From Hydrolagus colliei (Eukaryota): a stretch of 64,000 bases of DNA. Below are positions 12,981 through 26,028 of the stretch, in pieces. A program made the translations under genes and the position numbers. Each line of letters opens with the position of its first letter. The stretch's first letter is position 1. The notes beneath the pieces are model-generated. The model had not been told where the DNA came from and searched no databases. It worked only from the letters and a program-made list of their open reading frames with translations. The stretch covers positions 23,994,001 through 24,058,000 of the forward strand of contig CM068747.1 in NCBI GenBank assembly GCA_035084275.1, written 5' to 3'.

Positions 12981-15900
12981 TGGGATTCTACCTTATACAA
13001 ACCTTTCAAAACTACATCATATCACTGTCTTTTAAAGGTGTTCCATAATTCAAAGATGTTTTACATGTTCAAGGTGCTTAGTTGAGAGTGAAAGATACAG
13101 TTATAAATTTTCTGGCATGAGTGGCCAAACATTTTCATCATTTTGAATGGTAAATGGTCGTCACAATTGAAGTAAATTCCCGATGGCAAGTTTACTCATC
13201 AAATCGAAGCATTGTAACACTACAAATACAACTGTTATTCTTCAGGTGGAGAATTGAGGAACCAAGATTGTGAATTCAATAAAATCAAGCTGAAATTCAG
13301 CATGAGTACTTCAAGCCCCAAGGGAAATAAAGGGATACTGCAAGGGATAAAGGGTGACTTTAGTGCCAAAGTGCCAAATTTGCCAATATTGAGACATTAA
13401 ATAATGAGCCACATGCAAAAGCGAATGAAAACGGATGAACATTTGTTGCTTCTATATATGCATATGCAATCAGAGGAGGCAGAAGTGAAACTGGAAACAC
13501 AAAAGCAAGAAATGTACTTAATTTAAGACAGAATGGCTTAATCACAGTGTGGATAACCTGAGTCACATTGGAAAGTGACACCCTTTGGTTCACACACAAG
13601 AAACAATCCCGGAATTCTCAAATTGAACAAAATAATTTAGTCACCAAAGAATATCTCATGGGTAATTATCTGGGCAGTTTGCCTCTGTTTAAGAGACCAA
13701 ATGTAGCCAGTTTCTGAGTACTTTTTCACCTACACAGTGGAGAGTGTCACAGCCAAGCATGTTCCTGTCCTTACTTTTTACGCTTGCATCTGCAGTTTTG
13801 CTCCATTGGTCAATGAATACCATTCTGGAGCAGCATCTCTATGTCTTACATTTTCCTCCTCTTATTTATGAAGGAACAACAAATACTATTGGATACTGTA
13901 CATGTGAAATCTCTTGTTAGGGAGAAATATTTATTATCATCAATGTACATGAGTTATCTGTTCATATATATTTACACAACAGATGAATTCATATTGTCTA
14001 TGAACTAAAGTATTCTAAATCTATCAATGTGATGTTTAATTTATCAGATGGATCTTATAACTTGATAACCTGAACTACTGCTGTTACTGTCATTGTTGTA
14101 ACTCATATTTAGATGCTTCACAACAGTATTTATAACACTTAATGTCTCCTGTATAGAATTGAAATGTCAAGCAGGTTTTTACATGCTGTGACTTATGATG
14201 AATTTGAAAATATATTAAAATGTCTTTCTTGGTATTAATTCACAGAGCACATTATTCATACTAGATTTGATTCATTGATGAAAGAAGTAGTGTTTGGAAC
14301 CAAGTCCCCTCTTAATCCCCATTTGGAGGATTTCTATATCATTACCAATTACATCTGGTGTGAGTGACAGCTCACATGACATGTTCTCTTTTCTTGTAAT
14401 AACTCCCATAAAACTAAATAAATATTTTTATGGAACATTCATCTCAGCCACTTATGTTCCTCAACAGTACTGGAAGGCACAATAAGCACAATGGCTTGAA
14501 ATCTCCTGTGTACTGGCTTTAATGGACCTTCCCCGGGCACTTGATAATATGCGATATTCCTTTTGAAATTGTATGACCAAAAGCTGCAAGGGGCACTCAA
14601 CTGCCTAACCAGAGTCACTGAACATAGGTGCAGTGTTCTAACATAGAAAATATACAGAATATATATGTATATTTATAGGAAATATTTCATATATTCCCTG
14701 CAGAGTAGAAAAGTTACCATGATTGAGAAAATATTCCAGGCAATATGCAAGCTTGGTTATCTTAAGAGATATTTCTGACTGAAAAGAAATATAAACAACC
14801 CATCTTAATTGTGCGTTAAGATAGAATCATATTTGTGTATCTTGAGTTACTGGTTGAATTTGACTCATTTGTTTTGTTAAGATCCTGGTGCTAAATCCCA
14901 TGTACACCATACTCCACACATTACCCAGAAATTTGTAGTAATTGAAAATAAAATATCCTTATTACTTCTAATATTTTACAAGAAGTCATTGTTTGTGCAT
15001 TTGAGAATTTTGCAAGAAAAAATGAGCACAGTAGCCTTTTCATTGATGTTACGATGGTAAATCCAAACAAGTTAAATAGTAGAATACACATCAAATCACT
15101 CCATTGATCTTCCACTTTGAAGAAAATAATTTACGCAGTGTTTTTCCCTTGTTTGCTCAAATAAATAACTAACCTTAATGTTACCCATCAAATATTGCAC
15201 ATTGTTAGATATTTTCAGGACAATAACATTTGCTGTGACTTTTTTTAATGCTGTAATATGATCTTACTTTATATCACTTTTTAAACAGAATATTTTCAGA
15301 GAAAATCATTGCATCTGCAACTATAACTGCATGTTTAACAGAAGATATAAAACATAATCATCCAGAATGGAAATGCAGTAAAATAGACCCAGATTCTAAA
15401 AATTCTGATTTACTATTTGAATTCACGAGATCTAGCTTTAAAAATCCTGATGCCATATCCTATGTTCATTATAATACTCGCACCAATACTCAGCTCACTG
15501 CAGTTTTGATGCTTCTTTACGATTCTTAATCAATATCTGGAATGTAAAATCATTAAACAAAGAAATCATTGCAATAATTCAAACAATATTGCATAGATGT
15601 CTCAATTATAATGATATAGCTACTTGAATCGGAGAAAAATAATTGCTATGGTATGGTTTGTTGTGGTACTTACAGAGAATGTAACATAGATAACTCAATA
15701 GCAAATATGATAAATGTGTTAAAATGTTTCCCCAACAGGCCAAGTGTCCCATAACTAACAAGCACTCGGGGAAATGTCTGTTTATTCAATTACTGCTATT
15801 GTTCTACATGTTACTGGAAATTACATTGTAAAATATTACGTTGCATAAATTTATACTGTGCTTTCAAAGACAGCTTGGTGGAATTTAAAGCACACACTGC

Positions 15901-17389
15901 AAAGGAACTCGTCAGATTGAATATGGAAATGTTTCATTGTAAATAACTTGTTTGGGAGACGTGTCAAGTATAGAACCATAGATATAACTAAGCGGTTTAT
16001 GGTCTCATCCCATCGTTAACTAACTTCCTGAAACAATTTATTGTATACAGTATTAATGCATAAATTTGCTAAGATAATATTACTACAAGCTTCAATTGGT
16101 GTGTGCATATATTCATGTGTTATTGATAATTTGACCATATTTATTGAGTCTATACAAGTATTTAATGGTAATAAACAGGTGATCAGTGCAGCAAACTGTT
16201 GTATCAATGATTAATAATTATATTAACGACAACCAACAACAGCTTCCGACGCTGCAATGTGCAACACTGCGGAAGAAGCTCGATATCACTGCGATTGCCT
16301 CGCTGAAAACAATTGCACCCCATCTGTAAGTGTTATGTTATTTTCCTGTTGCCCTCCGTGTCGCTTTGTGGCGCTTAACCATCTGACTTTCGACGTCGTT
16401 AAGAAATCAAAACAAATGAGCGATGGATTGTGAGCGGTGTGCTGTCTGCAGGAACACTCCCGTCTACAGGAGGTGGTGGCTTTCCTGTGAAGTGTTCACA
16501 ATTCCCAGAGGGCAGGCACACCCAATGCCTGACCGGGCAGCTCTCCTGGCTGGAGTCAGGTATCTCTGTTTCTCTGGTGTGAGATGGCTTGTGGAGAACT
16601 GAAGCCTGCGCGCCATGTACATTTGAATCCCTGCAGACTCTACCTTGTACCACCAACCCTCGATCGCTTTATGGCCCAAAGGAATTATCTTGGGAAGGAA
16701 AGCGAAACGTTTGTGAGTTGTGACTTCCTGTGAGAAAGGGAACGCGTTATATTCGGGAATAAAACGCGGAGTCGTGGCCTGTCATGAAAACCACCAAGAG
16801 AAAAAAATAGTTACTGTTAATATTATTGCACGTTTCCACAGACATTGATCATAAACCTTTGGATTCATTGAAAAAATTACTGAAGGAAATAGATGTTCAG
16901 TGACGAGGCATATACTTGTGTGTGCCATTTACTGTAAGGTGGGTACAGATAAGAAGTTAGAAACCAATCGTTAGATGTTTAATAGGGATGTTTAATAGGG
17001 CAATTGGATTACAGTGTAGGTTGAATAACTGACATTTTAACTTGGGAGCTGTAATGTCCTTCAGTTTCGTATGTGGGTGACATTATGATGGACAGCAATT
17101 GACTTTCCTTTGAAGGTTTGAGGAAACATAACCGAGCTTTCATCTAGTTATAGTCCTGTTCGGGAAAACAAAATCAACCTGTTTGCAATTCAAATTTAAT
17201 TACAGGACATGGGAGAAAATGAATTAAATCCCTGTGCCTTTTTCAGTGGCTCTGTATATATTACATCAGCGTACATCATACGTGATCATGTCGTCTCATC
17301 ACTGTCCCAAACTAAACATCAAATGAAAATGCAATCCTTGTATTTTCAAACAAGAGAATTATAGAATTATTAATATTAAATAATAACTC

Positions 17390-17465
17390 GCCTTCGAAAC
17401 GTCTCAAAGCGCTTCCCTTAACGCACTGTAAAGTGAGTCGACTGTATATTTTGTGGGAGAAACTA
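17390..17465 (-). mobile_element. SINE 3' fragment
   Basis: Reverse complement cccacaaaatatacagtcgactcactttacagt...aagcgctttgagacg matches the SINE family seen elsewhere in the window. Confidence 0.6.
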
Positions 17466-17989
17466 GATTATTTGTAAACCAAATAATAAAGAAGATATTT
17501 ACGGAGATAATGCGAAAGTTATTTCTCCACATTTTCCTGAACCGCAGTTCGGGACATTCAGATCGTCCACCGGATAGCTGTTTCATTTTCTTTATATTGT
17601 AGGTTTCTTTTATTTATTGATTGATTTATTGATGTGTAGGCTAGTGCTGTGAAATACATCACGCTGCTCTGTGCGCTATATGTCGGCTCAGAAGAAAGCT
17701 TTACTAATGCGTAATCTTCTCGTTGTACCGAGTGTATCGGATAAATTTGGGCTTCGTAAACGTGTGTTCGTGCAGGTCTGTTCACTGCAACACTGATGTC
17801 CAACTGTTTAAACTCTGTAGAGGATTATATATAGCTTCTCGCGTGAGGCAATTGGTGGATGGCTCCTTGGTGAGGAATGTAGGATTTACATGGTTCACTT
17901 TAAGCACATGGAAAATCAATACAAGCATCAGTATTAGTGACAGTGAGGGTGGAAATGTGAACCTCAATATTTTATTCACTTGAAACTAC

Positions 17990-18131
17990 AACATGCCATT
18001 TCCGTCTTCGCGGAATGCGCCTCGACTGATTTAAGAACGTGATCGTGCAGAGATATATACACATGAGGATAAACACATTAACGTTCTTAAATCAGCCGAG
18101 GCACATTCCGCGAAGACGGAAATGGCATGTT
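17990..18131. mobile_element. MITE-like element with 51-bp inverted repeats
   Basis: Arm 17990-18040 versus the reverse complement of 18081-18131 is 49/51 identical, with a 40-nt spacer. Confidence 0.65.
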
Positions 18132-20145
18132 ATGGAATAATCTATGGAATAATTATGGAATAATCTACTTATTGCAACAAATTCACTTACATAACCCACT
18201 CCAGGTCTGCCCCTACAAGATCCCGGTATAATCTTGTTTCCTATGCAGCACTTAGGGTAAAGCACCAGCCCGTCCTTCATAAAACAAAGCTTAATATCGA
18301 AAGGTTCTCCAAGCATTATATGACTCTAACGATGATAACGATTGTACATTGGGAATATCTCTGCCCCTATAAATGTACCGAGGTTCAGTGGCCTTCGTGA
18401 AATCTGTGTTAAGTTCTCTGCTATTGTGTTAAGACATTGCCACAAATTAGGTTTGTATTTATCAGAATTTACTTTTTGTCTGGATTGAACTCAAAACGAA
18501 ATCTCTATCTTTAGCATTGCACTACCTACCCCCAATCATCCACGAGTACTGAGTGAGGCCTTTCTCTTGTATTACTGCTGACATGAAACCATCCAGATAA
18601 AGCACTGTACTGACTTACCCGACATCCATGGAACATTAACCAGTAATATCCTCAAATGAAAAGCTTTGCAAAGCGGATCCAAATTTTAATTTATTGGCCC
18701 ATTGCGTTAATATACTAAGAATAAACAAAGACTTTAAAGGATCGTTGGGGGAATTAAATTGTACAAGTGGAACTATTCCCATACCAATGTGTATTTTTTT
18801 ATCCAACCCAAATATATGATTCTTACTACTGATAAATCCCATACGTATATATTAATCAGCATAATATGGGAATACTAACTACGTGTGCACAGGGAATGGT
18901 GGGAAGGAAAGAGAGGTGAGATGGATTCTGTGGTTCATTTGATGTCTTAGGAGAAAAAAAATGTTTTAAACGTTTTGTGTTATACGAAAATAAATAATCA
19001 ATTATACCCTGTATATACGAAATAGGTGGTAAAATGGATTCTAATGTAATAGATTCGCCAACCTAATTGAAAACGATTGGTTTATGCGACATCCACAATC
19101 ACATTTTAACGTAACAATCCTTCTGTTATATGCCACCAAGCGTGGAATTCAATGCCAGACCGCTATCCGATGAGGATCAGATCGAATCCACGCTTAAAAT
19201 AAAACATTAATCTTGTTTTTTAAGCCTTACTCCGGGATCAAACGCCATTTGCAATACAATTTGATTCCCAAATTATCAAAAGTTTTGTTCAAAAAACACA
19301 ATGCCCCGTTGATAGTGCAGCAAGTTATATTATATTGTTGCTGCATTTGCGATCTCTACAAGCAAACAGACCAGATTAATACAAGCCAATTGAGACTAAA
19401 TTAGCTGGAATTAATACGACAGATCCTTCCCTTGTGATGTCCCAAGGATTTCAGACTGAAGCATCCGAACACTAATTCTCTCTAATAATGTACAATTTTT
19501 TTTATTGAAACACAATGAAACACATATGATAGCGAATGTGTGGAGACATTAATTGGAATATTTGCTATTTTTATATTTTGAAGAAATGCTAAACCTGCAC
19601 ATGTACTATCACAAAAGCTTGTTGGTCTTATTTTAAAACAGCTGGAATTGATGGGTGATCAGTGAAGCAATGCACACACGTTTAAATACACTTGGGTAGA
19701 ACTCTGTTGAAAACAACTTGATGCAGAATCTTCTTGAATTTACAGGTCAGGTTTAGATGGAAACTCTTTGCCCATTCTATCTCATCCGCCCACAATACAA
19801 TCGCCCTGTCTTCACCCGGTTAAAATACATAGCTGTCATCTTAAATGACTTTGCCTTTAACACTCTTCCTGGTGACTGTTTCCAGGGATGAGGAAGGTCG
19901 GTTGTCATCTATGCAAACTAGTATCTCTTAGTGCCTCTCCGAATATGGTCCTTCTCAAAAATGAACCCATCCCACTAGCTTGCTATCCCTTGTGTGGTTT
20001 GGGGGTGTAACCTCTCTTCCCCGTTTAGCAAAAATGCGAGATAATTAAATGCTAATGTGTTACAACAAAAAACTAATGGGGCAGCATTGTACATAAACAT
20101 ATCTACTGAGCATTCCATGTACCTGACTTTATAGGTCAGGTACGA

Positions 20146-20460
20146 GGAGTTCTGTAGCTCTGTGGTTAGAGCACTCGCCTCGCAAGCGAGAGACCCGGGT
20201 TCGAATTCAGGCAGGGCGAAACCTTGGTCAAGTTTCCTTACTCCACATCCCGTTAATAATCCCTCAACAAAAAATAAGTTAATAATTAATCACTTCAATC
20301 CACGACTGCTCGTGGGACTCTTTCTGTAAGCAATCGGCTCCCACTTTTTGCCGCAAATATACAGTCAATTCACATTACAGTACAGTATATGTTGTGAAGC
20401 GATTTGTGGCGTCTAAAAAACATGGAAGCTCCATATCAAATGCAAGGATTATTATTTATT
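20146..20460 (+). mobile_element. Full-length tRNA(Ala-like)-derived SINE
   Basis: Head has an anticodon-arm-like CTCGC-CTCGCAA-GCGAG and B box GGTTCGAAT, with the same body and tail as the 11095 copy. Confidence 0.85.
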
Positions 20461-22939
20461 GTAAGATATTGGTCTGGGTTCAATCAATTATTATATAACT
20501 AAATACACGAAGAGGTCTGGTCAGGTGAGTCGTGCAAAGCAAATGTACCCATAGTTTAACACTTGGATTGCGTTAAATTCATTTAAATCTAGGCAACATA
20601 GGAGAAAGACTATTACAAATAAGATCAATGGAGATTATTTCCTTCATTCCCATTCATCGATGTGAGCAAGTGTATGTCCCGTCCAAGAGTAAACAAAATG
20701 GGTGCACTGTATATATCGATCAGCTTTAATGTTCTGAATGATAAAAATTGCGTTTATTCAGGATCGTTTGCACATGGCTTCCAACAGTTTCAGCCAAATA
20801 AATCATGTAACAGATTTATACCAGCGAGTCACTCTGCAGCCTTTCAAACTAATCCACACATCTCTTGCAATTGTCTTTAATGTGATGACTGGAGCGATTC
20901 GTTTCAATATAGAATTGGAACAGTTACGTTTCAACTGTTTGCTCTCAGTGAACCTTTTAGCTCCAATAAGGCATTTCAAGTGGAATAACTCTTGCCTTTC
21001 TACAATCTTCTTTTTGGGGGGAAAACATCTTCCATCACGTCTGCTCACATCTTAAGGGATTTTATACTATACAATATCTGAGCACATTGCCTGCGGGGAA
21101 CTCGGTGTGTTACTCCAAATATTAACGGTTTGAAGTTTTGTTTATAATACCAGAAATCAATTGGAAGCTGAAAAATTCAAACTCGCTATTGCATTGGTTC
21201 CATTTATATCCTGCAGCATGGTTCTGTGTCTGAAGTCATCTCTGTCACATTTTAAAAGATTCAGTATCGGATCATTGATTTGAAACTGCTCTTATATTAC
21301 AATTTCAGTCCTGAATCAATACTGGAGTGTGGCAGGAGGAATTTCACTTGCAATGCTACATAGATTTGAAGCTGGAACCCTGGCTGTATCTGGTCCCAAA
21401 TCGTCTTTTGGATGCTGAGGAGGGCTTTACCCATCAGCATCAATTTGTTTTGTATATTTGATGTATTTTGCAAGTTTGACTTACTGTTGTTTTCATATCA
21501 AATTTACAATACATTTCCATTGTAAATCGGGTTTGAAATATATGGAATTCCAAGTCGAACTTATTTTTCTTAAACTACCCCCAATAGGCGATTTCAAAAG
21601 AACATTCAATTTTTTTTCTTAATAAAGATAAGTTTTTGAATTGCCCATTGTAGCACAGTTAAGCTGTTTATTGTTCAAACAGCCAGATGTGTTGCCATCT
21701 CCCTTCCACTTCGCACCTCTTAAATGATATTAATATACCTACAAGGGGAACAGCAGACATGGCTGAATTTGTACTTATGTGTTTGTGATAAATGTTCACG
21801 GCGGAAAGTAAGCGCTGTCCCCTGGAGCCGAACACTTTGTGAGAAAATTAACTTTAAAGGGCAAACATGTCCAGAATAACCGAAGGCAAACTTGGAAGTC
21901 CAGTGCTTGCAAACCCAAGCCACAGTGGATACGGCGGCTCCACCTGATACACGTTATGTGTTGAGTTTTTTTCTCTGCTACAAATGTGAGTATCAAACTC
22001 AAGAGCGGCACCGAAGCTTTAACTGAAACTATTATAAATACTGTAGTTTGATTGGGTCAAGTGTCGCTTGATGCACTGAGCAACAGACCCCAGAAATTCA
22101 AAAAAAAGCTACGAAGAATGTGGTTCGATCAGCGACACTAAAGCAATATCAGGACTGACATTAATCGCTATCATGGAATATAGGGAGGCAATGGTTTTAT
22201 ATTGCTATCTAGGGCCATGCGTAATTTGCACGAATCGTACAATTCCAATAGGATGACTTTCCTGGAATTTGAAACGCTGCTATAAGACGTCAGTTGTTCA
22301 TATTTTAAGGAACTCTCTTAACTAAGAAACGTTACCCGTTTCGAGGTCAAACCAATAAATGTACACAAAACAGAGCGACTGTTAAGGAACAATATGAATA
22401 TTGCTGAAGCCTAAAATGGATTATTTTCACCCACGTTTCTACTACTGCAGTACAATATTGCATTTCTTTATCAGAGACATATGGTTTAGAGTCGCAACTC
22501 ACTGTTCCCTCTAGTTATCTCGCTAACACATACTGTAAATATCGAAATAACTCAATTGTCTGTCCACTGTTGAACAATTTAAGAGGGAAATCTGATTTTT
22601 TTAATTTAAGAACAGTCAGTAAGATTGAGCGACACGATGAGAAAGCCGCATAGGTGATACGTGCCATTATACAACTGCATATCAATTGTGCGTCAGCCAT
22701 AAAATAACATTAAATATTCATTTATGCAGTACTAAGGTGAACTTTGACCTTTAACTCTATATAAGGATAAGACATGTACATACCGACTTCATGTGCTGAT
22801 GGTGAAGCGAAAATCTGGTTTGGGGAAGGGGGGAGATAAGCATACATTTCCTTATCTTTTTTAAATATATATATTTCAAAATATACAATGTTCGCACATT
22901 AAATCGCAAGGAGGGTTTCAGAACCTGGATCAATTTCCA

Positions 22940-22956
22940 TGAACTTTCAGTGAACC
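22940..22956 (-). promoter_or_regulatory. DR5 retinoic acid response element 3' of HoxD1
   Basis: Minus strand GGTTCA-CTGAA-AGTTCA has two consensus half-sites and differs by one base from the mouse Hoxa1 3' RARE GGTTCA-CCGAA-AGTTCA. Confidence 0.75.
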
Positions 22957-25120
22957 TAATTCCTGAGGGAGGGGCGGTGGGGTTGCCTACTCTGGCTAAC
23001 CCTTCCACAACCCCTTTTCTCAGGCAGAGTAAATATTGAATACTCCTTCCGCTCCGGGCAGAAGTAAAACTGAATATCAAACAAGTGCAAAACTACTATT
23101 GTGACCCTCACAATACAGCCACAGTTACGAACAGTTTTCGTATTGTGCTAGTAAAACTCCCACCCCCACCCCCACCGTCTACAGAGACTTTAGGGAGTAA
23201 TCACAACTAGGATCAGAGGTATGATAACATAAAAGGGAGACAATAGGCGCCCAACAGAAAAGACCTGTAAGTTTATAACATGCAATCGCACTAGGAGATG
23301 TCATTTCCTGGGGGGGGGGGGGTGGGGGGGGGTAAGATAGCATTACTTACTTACGATGTTTCTATATATAGTATAATTTATATAAAGCTTTGAAACCAAT
23401 CTGCCGACCTATATTGGTTGGGCGAGCCTTAAAGCAAAGTTTAAATGCAAACAGCATCTTTGTTTAGATTCAGGGGTCGAACACGGTGCCGTTTCTCGAG
23501 GTAGCGAATATGGGTTGAGAGTCACCATCAAAGAATCGTAAATTCCATATCAAAAGATCTCAGAGCCGATTCCCAAGGAGGTCATTGTGAATTTTACGAC
23601 CTCAGCATTTCTTTGAAACACCGCTAACTCCCAGGACTGCTGTGTGTTATTTTAGTGGAACTGTCATTAACACGGAGCTGTTAGGACCAAATGTTGGAAA
23701 CATCTGAAAGAAAACACTGACTATTTCTGTTGTGCAACCAACTCCCCCCTCCCCACCCCCACTCTCTCTCTCCCCCTCCCCACCTCCCTCCCTGGTGTTG
23801 CTTTAAAAAATCACTTCCGGCACAAATCTGTTTGCTTTATATGTTTGATCTTTGCATATATCACCGTTAATGCCGAAGTCTTTTGAGATTTATTTGCTTC
23901 TATTACTTACACACACATTGAAGTGTAAAACGTCTTTGCCGAAAATCGCACTAATTGCATAAGATGGCCCTGAAACCTCAACTTTTCGAACGAACCAAAG
24001 ACTAAAGCTGATGAAACGAGCTAACTGCGTGTTTCGTTTTACAGTAACATGTTACACTACCATAGGGTATATTTTCCAACGTTATTTGTCAGTTCAACAA
24101 TCACATTTAAACACATCTATGTTTTGCTGAGGACTCGACCTGAATAAGAAACTGGTGAGGCCATTGCAACAATTTATTATTATTTGTAGTGATAGTCTAT
24201 ATTTTTTGTAAAAGGGGAGTCAGCATAACTTGTAACAATAGTTCAAATGGATGATTAAGACACTACAAGTAATCTGGACTAAAGGCTACGAGAGCCTTGA
24301 ATCAAATTAAAAGCCATGCACACCCATCTTTAAATAAGGCAACTGTGTCTTGAGGACAGAATAATGCCGTGATTATCCATTAGTAGATATTATTAAAGGA
24401 ATTCTCAGTGCAATGAGTTATTAAGAGTTCTATCGAACACAATTAAAAAGGTTTTTTTCAGCAGTTGGTTCATTTTCTTAAGAGTGATGGGTTTCCTTTT
24501 GAGTTACTTCCCTTCCTTGTGAAAGTGAGCCTTATACCTAAAGCGACATATGTATGAAACTTGTTTAAAATAAAACCAATCCAGCTCAGAAACAAACACT
24601 TAAATGGAAATGTCTATCTGGAACTGCTTAGTAGGCAGATGCATGTTTTTTTCCCTCAGTATTGATTGCTGAGTAGAAAGCTGCTGAGCAAAGATGTTCA
24701 ATCAAAATAGACTCATTAGAATTAGTTAATAATGCAAAGATCCGATCCCTTTCCTTGGCTTCACTTCCTATTGAAAGTTTGAGAATATATTTGTGGATTA
24801 AAATGTCAAGTGTAAAGACTTCAGTGCATCACTTAACCATAATCTTCAAAGCGGAATATGAAGTGATAATAATAACAAACATCATATCAATGAGCCTCAG
24901 AGGCGCGTAATCCTTCAAATGCACGAGTTTAGTTCAGACATCCCATCACATAGTTGGGTTGAATCTTTAGACTATTGGTCAGAAAATCACTCGCTGATTG
25001 ATTTAAAGTGGTGTGAAAATAACAGTTTCGATTGGAAAGGAACAGCGCTGCCTTATTGCTTACACCAAAGCTGCATGGAATTGCGTTACTGATCAAAATG
25101 ACAAAATGTGTTTTGTTTTT

Positions 25121-25126
25121 TTTATT
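25121..25126 (-). terminator. Candidate HoxD1 polyadenylation signal
   Basis: AATAAA on the minus strand about 0.9 kb after the stop codon. Confidence 0.45.
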
Positions 25127-25827
25127 CAAAATGTGTTGCTTTGTTCCCACTGTTGCATACAATCGTAAACATTAATAATTACTACAGCTGACAAACTTTT
25201 TTCCTAGATGGAAAATACAGAGTTTTACTTCCAACTCAATTTCACAATAGAACAGATAAAGAATAACCTCGTCAGCCCCAATAGACCGTGTAAACAGAGG
25301 TAGGATAACTACTTAGCATAGTTTACAAGTGAAAGATTGCAGCGTCAGATAGGCACAGTGTTACACATAGCAGCAACCAGAATCTTTCAACCTGAGGCAT
25401 AAATTGTGCAAAGTCCATTCATTCTTGGGAGTCGAGTCGAACAAGCTACGGTACATTCATCGTTGTCATCAACACACAAATCAATAGAAAACAATCTACT
25501 AAAATACAAAGCAGCAATTCTAGCAATGCAGTAAATAGAAGATGTTGCAGCCTTTAATCTGTCCTTTTTGGATAGCTCTTTTACTTGGAAAGACTGACTT
25601 GTTGTCTGTGCAAATTTGTTTCAAGAAAAACCAAGTCTTGTACCACCAGTTGGGTGATAGATCACGTTTGTCTTTTGCTTTTTTAACACTGTTTGTTCAT
25701 ATAGCATTCCAGGTAAAGGTAAATACAGTACATTGATCACGGTGACCCAATTCAGTAGTCACAGAAATAAAAAAAACTCACAAAATATATACAAATAGCA
25801 GCCTACTTCAGCCTACTTCGCCTGCAC

Positions 25828-25828
<1 letters not shown>

Positions 25829-25858
<30 letters not shown>
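25829..25858. repeat. (TA)n microsatellite in the HoxD1 3'UTR
   Basis: Directly visible. Confidence 0.9.
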
Positions 25859-25861
<3 letters not shown>

Positions 25862-26028
25862 TGTATATATACCTAGGTAGAATCTATACCCCAAATAGTC
25901 AAGTGTACTAAAGTGATTGCAGTACTTCATGGCCTGGAGATTGCATCAACGCATTTCGTGGCTTTGTTTCTTTTGAATCTGGAATTGAAAGCTTGATTCC
26001 CTGAAGCTTTTGTTACAGTTTGATAAGG

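Noticed and set aside
19740-20000. CR1-like 3' remnants (also about 1520-1680 and 5600-5670)
   Set aside because: Resemblance to CR1 tails is plausible but too degraded to give boundaries or a family by eye.
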